Origin: a virus
Reading direction: 5' to 3' (one strand)
Length of the DNA stretch: 64,000 nucleotides
Virus record (IMG/VR): IMGVR_UViG_3300035181_002344
The stretch's first letter is position 1. The number at the start of each line of letters is the position of its first letter. The notes under the pieces are model-generated. The model did not search any database and was not told the origin of the DNA. It was given only the letters and a program-made list of their open reading frames with translations. This document shows positions 1 through 10,940 of this stretch, piece by piece. A program made the translations under genes and the position numbers.

Positions 1-1
1 T

Positions 2-1210
2 ACATCTGTTGCATCTATAGATTTGGGTGCTAATTTTGATGAATCATTAAGAAATTCTCAGCAGAATATTTCTGCATGGCCTAATTCTGGCGTATACACT
101 TTTACTGAAGGTTCTTTGCAAATAGTTTCTGTCAGCAAATATAATAATTTTAAAAAATGGCAACAATGCATTACAAAAACAACGATTACTAGCCTTCTGG
201 ATGGCTATAATGCTATCAAACTTAATCATAACGGCCAAGACTCTAATGTTTTTTCTATTTGGCAAGAAAATGCTAGCAATAGCCTTTCTATTAGCCAGTT
301 GACCATTAAAGAAGTAACTGTTGGCACGCATAAATATACATCCGGTATACCACATTATACATCTAATGATATTTTTTCTATTGGCACTAGCATCTCTGGT
401 TTGTATACTAATGTATTTGCCAAGGATAATATCGCTTCTTTATCATTAAGTGGATGCTCTCCCGTTAATATTCCTGCTACTGTACAAAATAAAGATACTG
501 TTGTGAATATATTGCAAAATATGACCATTAATCAATCTAATGCTTTTTATTCTCAATTATCTGCAACCGTAACTGCTAAACATCCATTAAGAGCCACTTC
601 AAATTCTGCTAATTTTAATAGTGCAGGAGCCTTCGTTTCAACATATGGCAATATGTCAACTGATAAAGCAGAGTATTTTTACGATGAAAATAGAAGACTT
701 CCGATCGGAAATTATTTATCTGCACCTGCTAACATTATTGGTCAATGGAATTCTACCAATTTATTAACAAGCGGTAATGCTTTGGTTTTGGGTGGAAGCT
801 TAAAATTTGCAAAAGATAATTATTCGTCATATAAGCCAGATGGATGTCCAAATTATACTTCTCTTGCCACAGATGCTCAACAACTATATTTGCGCGCCTT
901 TAAAGATACAGTTCCGCATTCTAATGTTTCTTTAACCGTTGGTAATTTGGCATTTTCTAGCATGCCATCAAAAATTAAAATAGAAGTTAAACTTCCTGGG
1001 GTTACTGGATGGTTGGATGCATCTAAGCCATTTTCTGCATATTCATTTTCTGGCATTGATGGTGATGGCTGTTTGGTTACCAACTCTGGAAATATATTAA
1101 ATTTAACATTTGGAACGTTTTCTACATATTCTTCTGGTAGTATGATTATTGTGCGGGTAACGTTGATTGATAAAAATATTTCTATTAATTCTCTATTAGT
1201 TAATTGGTGA
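2..1210 (+). CDS. Virion structural/tail-associated protein, 5'-truncated by window edge
   Basis: Frame is open to the window edge; S/T/N-rich beta-type sequence; first of a closely packed run of fibre genes. Confidence 0.6.
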   Translation, partial: TSVASIDLGANFDESLRNSQQNISAWPNSGVYTFTEGSLQIVSVSKYNNFKKWQQCITKTTITSLLDGYNAIKLNHNGQDSNVFSIWQENASNSLSISQLTIKEVTVGTHKYTSGIPHYTSNDIFSIGTSISGLYTNVFAKDNIASLSLSGCSPVNIPATVQNKDTVVNILQNMTINQSNAFYSQLSATVTAKHPLRATSNSANFNSAGAFVSTYGNMSTDKAEYFYDENRRLPIGNYLSAPANIIGQWNSTNLLTSGNALVLGGSLKFAKDNYSSYKPDGCPNYTSLATDAQQLYLRAFKDTVPHSNVSLTVGNLAFSSMPSKIKIEVKLPGVTGWLDASKPFSAYSFSGIDGDGCLVTNSGNILNLTFGTFSTYSSGSMIIVRVTLIDKNISINSLLVNW

Positions 1211-1214
1211 TTAA

Positions 1215-2666
1215 ATGGCAGATAAATTAGATTTTGTCTTTAAAAAAACGCTCAATCGTACATATTCTTCTAATGCTAAGAACTGGTTTGAAGAATTACC
1301 TGCCGGTACATTACGTTTACGTGCAGATGCTATTTATACAGAAGAAATACCATCAACTCCTCCTGCAGATACAACTGCGATTATACAAAAGTTTAGCAAA
1401 CAAGCTTTAATTAAAGATAATACAGTTGCATATAACCGAGGGTGGTATTTTGATTATCCTGCTGGATATAGAATCACAGATCTTATAACACCAAATTATG
1501 GAACTGGATACACTGTTCGTGTTTATGATGGAGATTATAAGGAAATACCCACGACAGATCCATCTGGTTGGATTTTTGATTATGAAAATGCATATTTAGC
1601 CTTTGATAACAACCCTGCTTCTTATGGTTGGAATGCCAATGCCTTCTATGTTGATGTTTATAGATATATTGGTAAGACGCTTTATGATTTCTTGCTTTCA
1701 TATACTTCTGATTTAGCTACTAAAATCGATAATAGCAAAGTAGGAATTGCTGGTGGTGTGGCACCTTTGAATGCTGATGGAATCATTCCTCCACAATATA
1801 TGCCACCATTAGCTATTACAGATGTTTTTGTTGTTAATAATTTAGCTGAGATGTTAGATATTCCTGCGCAAAAAGGTGATATAGCGATTCGAACAGATAT
1901 ACGTACAAATTTTATTCTTAAACAAGAACCAGCTTCTGTAGAAGCTAACTGGCAACAGTTATTGATTCCCGATTTCTCCGATTCCAATAATATTCATTAT
2001 ACCACTCCAGAAAATACCGCTCTACACACTGTTCGCGATGCTCTTGATTCTTTAGTTTATAAATCTCCAGTCGTTACATCATTTACAGCTAATCCATCTG
2101 TTATACAAACGGGTTTTGCTGCGACAAATGTTCAATTTTCGTGGACATTAAACAAAACAAATATTACAAATCAAATATTAACATATACAAATCCATCTTC
2201 TGGCAGTGCAATCTCTGTATCGTTAACATCAAATGCAAGATCATACAATTGGACGGAAAAAGCCGTAGATAATGATGCTATATTTTCATTAACAATACAA
2301 GATGGATCGAATTCTGTCGTTAAAACATTAACCATCCCTAAATTATCAAAAATATATGCTGGAACAAGCTCTTCTCTTGTCATAGATGGATCAGTTGTAC
2401 CAAATTTTGCAAATAAATCATATTTATCAACCTTGGTTGATTATGAGGCAATTTTTGATTGTTCTGGCGGCCAATATATTTATATATGTTTTCCTATAAC
2501 AGCCGGACAGCCAGCAAAAGTCTTTGTTAATGGTCATTTAAATTCTGCGTGGAATTATTTGCAATTAAATGTTACTAACGAAGTTGGTTATTCTGAAGAT
2601 TATTATGTAATGCGTTCGCAATATAAACAATATGGAAATAATATTAAAGTAAGGTTTGAAGCATGA
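1215..2666 (+). CDS. Tail fibre/adaptor protein
   Basis: GVAPLNADG and AQKGDIAIRTD fibre-type motifs; C-terminal ~200 aa paralogous to the C-terminus of 2663..7732. Confidence 0.65.
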   Translation: MADKLDFVFKKTLNRTYSSNAKNWFEELPAGTLRLRADAIYTEEIPSTPPADTTAIIQKFSKQALIKDNTVAYNRGWYFDYPAGYRITDLITPNYGTGYTVRVYDGDYKEIPTTDPSGWIFDYENAYLAFDNNPASYGWNANAFYVDVYRYIGKTLYDFLLSYTSDLATKIDNSKVGIAGGVAPLNADGIIPPQYMPPLAITDVFVVNNLAEMLDIPAQKGDIAIRTDIRTNFILKQEPASVEANWQQLLIPDFSDSNNIHYTTPENTALHTVRDALDSLVYKSPVVTSFTANPSVIQTGFAATNVQFSWTLNKTNITNQILTYTNPSSGSAISVSLTSNARSYNWTEKAVDNDAIFSLTIQDGSNSVVKTLTIPKLSKIYAGTSSSLVIDGSVVPNFANKSYLSTLVDYEAIFDCSGGQYIYICFPITAGQPAKVFVNGHLNSAWNYLQLNVTNEVGYSEDYYVMRSQYKQYGNNIKVRFEA

Positions 2667-5600
2667 AAAACTACGGAACATTAATCAACGCCCCTATTCG
2701 CCCTAATGATAATGCAGATTCTTATCCTGTTGCATTGTCTAATGAAATCCAAGGCGGAGTTCATCTTGTAAATACCGTTACTGATCGAGATAATATTCCG
2801 TCGGAACGTCGTCAAGAAGGAATGCTTGTTTTTGTTTCCACTGATCAAAAAACATTTCAGCTATTTGGCGGGGTTACGAACGATCATTGGATTGAAGTTG
2901 ATTTTGGAAATAGTGCAAAATTAGCGTTTCAATTAAATTCTGTTCCATATCCAGAAACAACAACATTAAATATACAAGGAGCTGGTGCTAGTGCCTTATA
3001 TGATGTTGGTACTAAAAAATTTACATTACTTATTCCTGGGATGAATACTTGGAGAGGCGCCTGGGCTGAAAATACACCTTATGCGCTAAATGATTTAGTT
3101 CATTATAATGGTAATGTTTATATTGCAACACAAGCACATACATCAACTTCAACAACTCCAGATCAAGATATAAACAAATGGGATACATTTGCTTCTCGTG
3201 GAAGCGTTGGCATAACATGGAAAGGAACTTGGGACGGCGGCACTTATAAATTATATGATGCAGTAACTTATAATGGCAGCACATATATTTGTATATTAGA
3301 GCACACAAATATTGTTCCTACAAACGAAGCATATTGGAATTTATTAGTAAGCAAAGGAGACACCGGACCACAAGGACCAGTTGGGCCACAAGGACCTCCA
3401 GGAATTTATACACTTACATATGCAGGTCATTGGAGCGCGGCAGTAACTTATAGTGTAAATAACTTTGTTTCTTATGATGGCGCTCTATGGTTTTGTAATA
3501 CTAACAATCAGGGTAATAATGTCCCTGGTGTTTCCCCATTTTGGGATTTGATGGTCGGTAAAGGTGATCCGCCTGCACACGAATGGAATCCGCCTAGTAT
3601 TCGTTTTCAAAATCCAGATGGCACTTGGGGTCCATATGTGAACATTCAGGGTACAAAAGGGATGGTATGGAGAGGCGACTGGAGTGATAGTACGGATTAT
3701 CCAGTTGATAGCGTTGTTTATTATAATGGGTCATCTTATATTTTAACAGATACAATTATAGCTGGCGAGTATCCTAAAGAGCCAAGTAAAAATAGTAAAT
3801 GGCAACAAGTTGTCGAAAAAGGTGATGTAGGAATCACTTATCGCGGAGTTTGGAATTCGCAAACTACTTATTATCGTGGAGATATGGTTTTTTATGAAGG
3901 CAGTGTATATATGTATATATATGCAACGCCTGGCATAACTTCAGAGCCTACAGATATTAGTCAAACACCTCAATGGCAATTGGTTATTAATGGAATACAA
4001 TATAGAGGTACTTTTGATTCAAATAATACTTATTATCCGTATCAAATGGTATCTTATGATGGACGTACATATATACTAAATCAAACAACTCCTTTTTATC
4101 CAACTTCAAACCAGTATGCTTATCCAGGATATTATGCAAACTGGGTTAGAGTCACTCCAGATTCATTTGTATATAGAGGAAATTGGGTCAGTGGTCAAAA
4201 ATATTATTACTTTGATATTGTTAAATTTAAAAATTGTTATTATTTATATCAAAATTTAAATCCTAAATATTCTTCGATTGATCCTCCAAAAGATTCTGAT
4301 TGGGCTCTTTGGCAAATAACATTATCTTTTAAGGGAGATTGGTCGGCAGTTACTACGTATTATTTAGGTGATGTTGTAAAATATGAAGGCGCTGCTTATA
4401 TATGTAATGTCGGCCAAGGAATAGTTCCTCCAACAGATCCTGCAAAAAATCCTGTAATACCTGGTACAGATGATTCTTATACTAAAATTGTCGACAAAGG
4501 TGATACTGGTCCTCAAGGACCTCCAGGAGTGGGTTTAACCGCTTCTTATGATTCTTACGATCCACGGATAACCTATCCGCCTCTTACATTAGTACGCCAC
4601 AATGGTAAGCAATGGTATACTAAAATAGAAACCACAGGTATTGAACCTGCCGAAGGTCCTAATTGGGGATTATTTACAGATAGCGGTCCTCAGGGTATTC
4701 AGGGACCTCCTGGACCAAAAGGTATGACATGGAAGGGCGCTTGGAATGCAGCGATACAATATAGCATTGCTGATGCTGTTGGTTATGAAGGTAATATATA
4801 TTATGCGTTAACAACAAATACTAATAAAATTCCGACCACATCACCTAATGATTGGGATTTATTTGTTCAGCGTGGAGAAAAAGGTCTTCCACTTGTTTAC
4901 CGTGGTCAATGGTCTAAGACTACTTTATATTTAAAAGATGATACTGTTCATTATAATGGCAATATTTATATTGCTTTAAGAGATAATACAAATGTAACTC
5001 CTGGTAGTTCTGCTGCCGATTGGGAAGTATTTGTTTCAAAAGGCGATCAAGGTCCGATAGGACCTCCAGGACCTCAAGGTTCTCAGGGTGAACAGGGACC
5101 TCCAGGAATTAATCTATTTCCATTTGGCCAATGGGACATAAATACAACGTATGAACCTGGGGCGCTTGTTTCTTGGGATGGTTCTACTTGGGAATGTATA
5201 GCAACAAATATGGGTATCACTCCTGGATTACAACCGCAATATTGGAGATTATTTGTATCAAAAGGCGACCCTGGCTTACAATGGAAAGGAACTTATTCAG
5301 GAAGTACCCAATATTATAAAAGAGATGTTGTCTATAGAAGTGGGGCCTCATATATATGCTTAATGGATGGTGTTATTAGCAAAGATCCATCGTATCCTCC
5401 TTATCAGGGTCTCTATTGGGATATTTTTACAGTGGCTGTTAAGGGTGACAAAGGAGATCAAGGAGAGCGGGGACCTGCAGGGGTTGGTTTGACATATTTG
5501 GGCGACTATGATCCAACAGAATCTTATCCAACAAATGTATTAGTATCTTATCAGGGAAATACATATTATTCTATATTGGCAAGTTATGGCAAAACACCAT

Positions 5601-7732
5601 CCACCAATCCGACATATTGGAAGTTATTTGTTATTAAAGGTGAAGTTGGTCCAGCTGGACCTCCAGGACCCGCTGGTCCACAAGGCCCTCAAGGCTTGCC
5701 TGGAAGCGGCTTAATATATGCTGGTCAATATAGTAGTTCGGAACTTTATGCATTAAATACCTTGGTTGGTTATAATAATAAAGTTTGGCGATCAAAAACT
5801 TCGACTCAAGGTAATGCGCCAACAGAAGGTTCTCCTTTTTGGGAATTATTCTTAACCGGAGAACCGGGTCCGCAAGGAAATCCAGGACCACAAGGTGCAC
5901 CTGGAACTGGTGTAACGTTTTTTGGCAATTGGGCAGATTCAACAAATTATCCGCAATATGCTATTGTTGTTAAAAATGATATAGTTTATATTGCCACCCA
6001 ATCGCATACATCTTCTAGCACAAATGCACCTGATGTAAATGTTGATTATTGGGCTATTATATCTAAACCAGGCCCGCAAGGGCTTAAAGGCGATACTGGA
6101 GAAGCTGGTCCTATGGGACCACAAGGACCAAGAGGTTTTTCTGGTGCTTCACTAAATTTTGCTGGGACATGGTCTGCCGAAGAAGCTTATTCAGTGAATG
6201 ACTTAGTTGCCTATGAAGGTTCAACATGGGTTTGTTTACAACCTAATTCTAATATTATACCAAGAGAAGGCACATATTGGACTGTATTTGTTAAACGTGG
6301 TCCAATGGGACCGCAAGGATATACTGGACCTCAAGGGCCAAAAGGCGATCCTGGTGGCTCATTTTTGTTTGCGGGTACATGGGACGGCACTATAAGTTAT
6401 CCTAAAGATACACTTGTTACTTATAATGGAAGTGCTTATGTGTCTTTGCAGGCTTCTGCAAATAAAAGCCCAGAATCTAATCCAACATATTGGATAAAAA
6501 TAGTTGCCAAAGGTGATAAAGGCGACAAAGGAGATCGAGGTGAAACTGGTCCGCAAGGTCCCCAAGGATTCACTGGTCCGCAAGGACCTAAGGGAGATAG
6601 GGGTCTTCCGGGTGCAGGATTAATTCCACTTGGAACGTGGGATTCTTTAACAACTTATGGCAAATGGTCTTTAGTCACTTATAATGGCAGTTCTTATTAT
6701 GCTAATGTAGATAATCAAAATGTTATCCCTTCATCTAATTCTTTTGTATGGACCTTATTTGCTTCAAAAGGTGATCAAGGAGTACAAGGCATTCAAGGTC
6801 CACAAGGGCCTGTCGGGCCTGAAGGGCCTGTTGGTCCACAAGGACTTCAGGGTGTACCTGGTATGGTATATAAAGGCACTTGGTCTAGTACGACCCCATA
6901 TGCAAATGGTGATGTTGTTTTTTATAATGGCAATTCTTTTATATGCGTGCAAGCTAATAATAATCAAATTCCTCAAGAAGGATCAACTTATTGGTCGTTT
7001 TTATCAAAACGCAGTGTATATAATTTCCATGCTGGTGCTGGAATTACTATTCAGCAGAACGATCCCGATGTAACAATAACCAATACTATTGATTCGGCAC
7101 AAGAAATAGTTTATCAAAATACAGATTATCCCACGTTTGGTAGTGTAAAAGATGCATTGGATAAATTATTATATGCACCCGTTAAAATCACATCTTTTAC
7201 TGGCGGAGCTACCTATGAAAAAGGCATAACTGTCGTATCAATCGTGCTCGATTGGACAATAAATAGACCAATAACAAGTCAAAACATCAATGGTACATCT
7301 TATGCTGTTGATGTTAGACATGCTCCTATAAGTGGATTATCTTTAACAACAGATACAACATTTACATTGACCGCAACAGATAATGTAAGTACAGACACCG
7401 CTCAGATACAAATACTCCTTAGAAATAAAAGATATTGGGGCGTTTCTTCTTCAGCCTCATTAACCGATGCTCAGATTATAGCTTTAAATTCAGAATTTGC
7501 AACAGATAGAATACAGACAAGAGTTTTTGATTGTACGGGCGGGCAATATTTTTATATTATTTATCCTTCTGCATGGGGTGCGGCAACTTTTAAGGTCGGC
7601 GGAATGATTCAAACTGATTTCTTACTTACTACCCGCTCTTTTACCAATGCTAGTGGCTGGACAGAAAGTTATAATATATACCGTATTTATAATTTGCAAC
7701 ACGGTAGTAAAATTCAAGTGGAGGTTTCATAA
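2663..7732 (+). CDS. Long tail fibre with 20 CBM5/12-like modules and collagen (Gly-X-Y) linkers
   Basis: 20 copies of [WYF]xGx[WY]...Y...VxYxG..[YW]....P.....W interleaved with GPQGPxG/KGDKGD runs. Confidence 0.85.
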   Translation: MKNYGTLINAPIRPNDNADSYPVALSNEIQGGVHLVNTVTDRDNIPSERRQEGMLVFVSTDQKTFQLFGGVTNDHWIEVDFGNSAKLAFQLNSVPYPETTTLNIQGAGASALYDVGTKKFTLLIPGMNTWRGAWAENTPYALNDLVHYNGNVYIATQAHTSTSTTPDQDINKWDTFASRGSVGITWKGTWDGGTYKLYDAVTYNGSTYICILEHTNIVPTNEAYWNLLVSKGDTGPQGPVGPQGPPGIYTLTYAGHWSAAVTYSVNNFVSYDGALWFCNTNNQGNNVPGVSPFWDLMVGKGDPPAHEWNPPSIRFQNPDGTWGPYVNIQGTKGMVWRGDWSDSTDYPVDSVVYYNGSSYILTDTIIAGEYPKEPSKNSKWQQVVEKGDVGITYRGVWNSQTTYYRGDMVFYEGSVYMYIYATPGITSEPTDISQTPQWQLVINGIQYRGTFDSNNTYYPYQMVSYDGRTYILNQTTPFYPTSNQYAYPGYYANWVRVTPDSFVYRGNWVSGQKYYYFDIVKFKNCYYLYQNLNPKYSSIDPPKDSDWALWQITLSFKGDWSAVTTYYLGDVVKYEGAAYICNVGQGIVPPTDPAKNPVIPGTDDSYTKIVDKGDTGPQGPPGVGLTASYDSYDPRITYPPLTLVRHNGKQWYTKIETTGIEPAEGPNWGLFTDSGPQGIQGPPGPKGMTWKGAWNAAIQYSIADAVGYEGNIYYALTTNTNKIPTTSPNDWDLFVQRGEKGLPLVYRGQWSKTTLYLKDDTVHYNGNIYIALRDNTNVTPGSSAADWEVFVSKGDQGPIGPPGPQGSQGEQGPPGINLFPFGQWDINTTYEPGALVSWDGSTWECIATNMGITPGLQPQYWRLFVSKGDPGLQWKGTYSGSTQYYKRDVVYRSGASYICLMDGVISKDPSYPPYQGLYWDIFTVAVKGDKGDQGERGPAGVGLTYLGDYDPTESYPTNVLVSYQGNTYYSILASYGKTPSTNPTYWKLFVIKGEVGPAGPPGPAGPQGPQGLPGSGLIYAGQYSSSELYALNTLVGYNNKVWRSKTSTQGNAPTEGSPFWELFLTGEPGPQGNPGPQGAPGTGVTFFGNWADSTNYPQYAIVVKNDIVYIATQSHTSSSTNAPDVNVDYWAIISKPGPQGLKGDTGEAGPMGPQGPRGFSGASLNFAGTWSAEEAYSVNDLVAYEGSTWVCLQPNSNIIPREGTYWTVFVKRGPMGPQGYTGPQGPKGDPGGSFLFAGTWDGTISYPKDTLVTYNGSAYVSLQASANKSPESNPTYWIKIVAKGDKGDKGDRGETGPQGPQGFTGPQGPKGDRGLPGAGLIPLGTWDSLTTYGKWSLVTYNGSSYYANVDNQNVIPSSNSFVWTLFASKGDQGVQGIQGPQGPVGPEGPVGPQGLQGVPGMVYKGTWSSTTPYANGDVVFYNGNSFICVQANNNQIPQEGSTYWSFLSKRSVYNFHAGAGITIQQNDPDVTITNTIDSAQEIVYQNTDYPTFGSVKDALDKLLYAPVKITSFTGGATYEKGITVVSIVLDWTINRPITSQNINGTSYAVDVRHAPISGLSLTTDTTFTLTATDNVSTDTAQIQILLRNKRYWGVSSSASLTDAQIIALNSEFATDRIQTRVFDCTGGQYFYIIYPSAWGAATFKVGGMIQTDFLLTTRSFTNASGWTESYNIYRIYNLQHGSKIQVEVS

Positions 7733-9576
7733 TGGATTATGCAGGTACAAATATACCATCTTCTATTCTTCCCTATTCATCAGATGATACTTATCCAACA
7801 CATATAGATACATTTGGCAAAGGTGGATATCGCACTGTTGCTACTTCTACAGATAGAGATGCTATACCCGCTGATCGTAGATCAGAGGGTATGTTAGTTT
7901 ATGTAATTGGTGACGGTTTAGTTTATCAACTTAAAGGCGGTACCACAAATGACAAATGGCAAATATTAACTCTTAACAGCGGCAACAATAATATTAAATT
8001 TATTAATTTAACTGATGTACCAGCCGCTTATACTAATGCAGCTAGTAATTTTGTAAAAGTAAAAGCCGATGCTACGGGATTAGAATTTGTTGATGGATTA
8101 AAAACTGCTGAAATGATTGCTAATGCGAATCATCCAGATTATAAGAGTGATCGTGGTATATTATATTATAAAGCTCAATTATCACCAACAAATACTTATA
8201 CAGAGGGAATTGATAATCAAGTATTGTTATGGATGAATGCCGAAGAATTAGGAAGTTCAGGCCCTATAGATAGGACATCTGTTATTTATGGGACGGCCAG
8301 ACATACCATAACTCCAGGTTCGTCACTTCAATCTGCTACGGATAACTTTGGTGGAAAGGCTTATAATACTACTACTGGGGCTTATCAATTAGTTGTAAAT
8401 GGAAATATTGATGATTGGAATTACGCAAATAAAGCAGAATGGACTATAGATTTTTGGGGTAATAGTGGTTCTGATGGTGTGACTTTTTTAAATGTCGATA
8501 GTTTGTTTTATATAGGTACAGGTTACCAAAATAATAAATTATCCTTTTACGAAACGGTTTCTTCTAATTTGACTCTTCGTGATTCTTGTTCTTTTTCATC
8601 TAGTACATGGATTCATGTTGCTATTGAAAAATATAATGGTTCAATTAGGCTTTATATTAATGGTGTTGCAAGAAATTCAGTTACTTCTTTGTTGCCAGCC
8701 AATGCTACAAGCGGTCCATTATCAATGCTTGCTGGTCATGGATCTATAGATGATCTTCGTATATCAAATGTTGCACGTTACAAAGGTTCAAATTTTACTC
8801 CTAGAACTGCTCCTTATGCTTATAGAGCGGTTTCTTCTGATATTGATACTAGTTTGTATTTCAAAACCAAAGATAATGTAAGATATAATTTACTTGATAA
8901 ATTATATGCCAATAAAACTATAAATTTTTTACCAACTGATGGAATTAATACTATCAATACATTATTAGGTAGTGTCCCCAGAGATCTTAATGCCTATACA
9001 TTAACCTTACAATTTGGAGATGGTAATTATAATTTTTATGCAGGTTCATTACAGATAGGCGGGTTTAAAAATGGTACAATTTTAATACTGGGCGATACTT
9101 CGGAAACTACCGACCTACATACAAACCAAGGAGTAGTCTTTAACTGGAGTAATCTTGTAGCTAATCAAGGTGGATTATATATTTGTCAAAATTTTGGATG
9201 TATAATATCGGTTAATAGAATCAAATTTCAATCAACCACACCAGCGAGTGAGGCTAGGGTGTTATTTCTAGATAGAAATCCTGGATCTCAATTTGATATA
9301 TATGCAAATTATTTTGTCGACAGTACTGCAAATAGTAGACTCCTTGCTTGTTCGCATGTTGACCATGTAAACGCATTTAATAATTATTTTACCGCTGGGG
9401 TTGCTGCTATCACATCTTATAATATGTCGACGGTTTTTTCAACTTCAAATTATACGACTGGAACTAGTCCATCTATTGGGCTGAATGCTTTATCTGGTGG
9501 GACGATTATTAAAAATGGAGCCCAGCCAAGTGGTTCTACAGCAGAGTCAACGGTTTCTGGTGGAGTAATTAGATAA
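7732..9576 (+). CDS. Tail fibre tip/receptor-binding protein with LamG (concanavalin-like) domain
   Basis: WTIDFW...WIHVA...LYING...IDDLRIS..ARY LamG pattern; N-terminus paralogous to that of 2663..7732. Confidence 0.75.
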   Translation: MDYAGTNIPSSILPYSSDDTYPTHIDTFGKGGYRTVATSTDRDAIPADRRSEGMLVYVIGDGLVYQLKGGTTNDKWQILTLNSGNNNIKFINLTDVPAAYTNAASNFVKVKADATGLEFVDGLKTAEMIANANHPDYKSDRGILYYKAQLSPTNTYTEGIDNQVLLWMNAEELGSSGPIDRTSVIYGTARHTITPGSSLQSATDNFGGKAYNTTTGAYQLVVNGNIDDWNYANKAEWTIDFWGNSGSDGVTFLNVDSLFYIGTGYQNNKLSFYETVSSNLTLRDSCSFSSSTWIHVAIEKYNGSIRLYINGVARNSVTSLLPANATSGPLSMLAGHGSIDDLRISNVARYKGSNFTPRTAPYAYRAVSSDIDTSLYFKTKDNVRYNLLDKLYANKTINFLPTDGINTINTLLGSVPRDLNAYTLTLQFGDGNYNFYAGSLQIGGFKNGTILILGDTSETTDLHTNQGVVFNWSNLVANQGGLYICQNFGCIISVNRIKFQSTTPASEARVLFLDRNPGSQFDIYANYFVDSTANSRLLACSHVDHVNAFNNYFTAGVAAITSYNMSTVFSTSNYTTGTSPSIGLNALSGGTIIKNGAQPSGSTAESTVSGGVIR

Positions 9577-9592
9577 AATTAGGAGTGGATTT

Positions 9593-10030
9593 ATGTTAGT
9601 GTATTTTTATTTAAATAATGATGGCCAAATTCAAAAAATATCAGATACAAAAGATACTTTTATTGATGCATTTGAAATAGCGATGGATTTATCTGGCAAA
9701 CTAGATATTTTTAGCGAGCCAATTGACCCTGATGCTGGTATCGCTAAAGAACCAGATGCACAAAATAATCTAATTAATGTTCAAACTGTTATTGCTTCGC
9801 AAGAATTTCTTTTGAAGTTTTTACGTGCTAAACGTGATAAACTATTGAAAGATACCATTTGGATTGCTGAGCGTCATAATTCTCAACCAGATTCTGCAAA
9901 AACATTAACTGCAGAACAATATGCTACTTGGCAAATATATTGGCAGGCATTAAGAGATCTTCCTAATACAGCCAATTTAGAAGGCGTCGATAGAACAACT
10001 ATCGATAATTTATTTCCAAAACAACCATAA
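9593..10030 (+). CDS. Tail fibre assembly chaperone
   Basis: LRAKRDKLLKDT.W...W..YWQALRDLP motif; follows the fibre gene; AGGAG RBS. Confidence 0.8.
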   Translation: MLVYFYLNNDGQIQKISDTKDTFIDAFEIAMDLSGKLDIFSEPIDPDAGIAKEPDAQNNLINVQTVIASQEFLLKFLRAKRDKLLKDTIWIAERHNSQPDSAKTLTAEQYATWQIYWQALRDLPNTANLEGVDRTTIDNLFPKQP

Positions 10031-10046
10031 AATAAAGAGGTATATC

Positions 10047-10088
10047 ATGGCAAAGAAAAGCACGAAAAGTGGCGGAAAAAAATGCTAA
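10047..10088 (+). CDS. Putative 13-aa basic micropeptide MAKKSTKSGGKKC
   Basis: AAGAGG RBS 6 nt before ATG; followed by a hairpin. Confidence 0.4.
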   Translation: MAKKSTKSGGKKC

Positions 10089-10104
10089 TCCGCAGTTAGT
10101 ATGT

Positions 10105-10137
10105 GCCCGATATTAAAAAATCGGGCCTTCTATTCTC
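10105..10137 (+). terminator. Hairpin, probable terminator
   Basis: GCCCGAT/ATCGGGC stem followed by a pyrimidine tract. Confidence 0.45.
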
Positions 10138-10231
10138 TAAAAATCGATCTTAACATAATTACCCTTGATTAGCCAAAATCATACTAATATGTTTCAATCA
10201 TAAAATAACAAATTAAATAAAAGGAGTTACT

Positions 10232-10435
10232 ATGAAAACTTTCTTAGAATGGGTCATCGCAAAAAAGAATTCTATTACTAATGCATTAGGTTTTATTTTT
10301 GCTTTGGTTACTGTATTACAACCATTATTCGCTAATGGTTCTGCACCAGATTTTAAAACAATCGCCACAGCAGTTTTTGGATTTTTGATTGCTTGGTTTA
10401 CTGGTAAATATCCACAAAATACTATAACAAAATAA
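10232..10435 (+). CDS. Small two-TM membrane protein, holin-like
   Basis: 67 aa, two hydrophobic helices, AAGGAG RBS. Confidence 0.55.
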   Translation: MKTFLEWVIAKKNSITNALGFIFALVTVLQPLFANGSAPDFKTIATAVFGFLIAWFTGKYPQNTITK

Positions 10436-10451
10436 ATTAATGGAGTAACTT

Positions 10452-10880
10452 ATGGTTTTTACAAACGAAGGCCTCAAGATGATGATTTTTTATTCACTTG
10501 TCTCTACTAATGCGCCGACGAGTGTTTCCTTGCATTTGTTTCAGAACGATGTAATGCCTGCTATTACGAATTCTTCTAGCAATAGTCCATTTACTGAATT
10601 TATGGGAAACAACTACTCTCCAATTACGATTCCTTCATCTGCATGGTCTTTTGCTATTGATGCCAATAATGTTTTATCTGCGACTATGGCAGATCAAACA
10701 TTTAATTTTACTGCCGATGGTACCGGCCCTGTAACAGCATATGGATATTATATTACGATTAATTATGGTTCTTATCAGTATATTTTTTGCGCAGATAGAT
10801 TTTCTCAACCAATTACTATCTCACATACTGGCGATAAAATTACTGTTGGAGTTGTTTTATATCCTGCTAATGGAGCTTAA
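10452..10880 (+). CDS. Virion structural protein (tail/baseplate-associated)
   Basis: LHLFQND...F.FTA....YGYY pattern seen in phage structural proteins; context. Confidence 0.5.
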   Translation: MVFTNEGLKMMIFYSLVSTNAPTSVSLHLFQNDVMPAITNSSSNSPFTEFMGNNYSPITIPSSAWSFAIDANNVLSATMADQTFNFTADGTGPVTAYGYYITINYGSYQYIFCADRFSQPITISHTGDKITVGVVLYPANGA

Positions 10881-10890
10881 CATGTTTTTG

Positions 10891-10924
10891 AGGGAGAGCC
10901 ATATCTCTCCCTATTTTATTTATT
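10891..10924 (+). terminator. Intrinsic terminator
   Basis: AGGGAGAG/CTCTCCCT 8-bp stem plus T-rich tail. Confidence 0.6.
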
Positions 10925-10940
10925 AAAATATCGAGAGACA

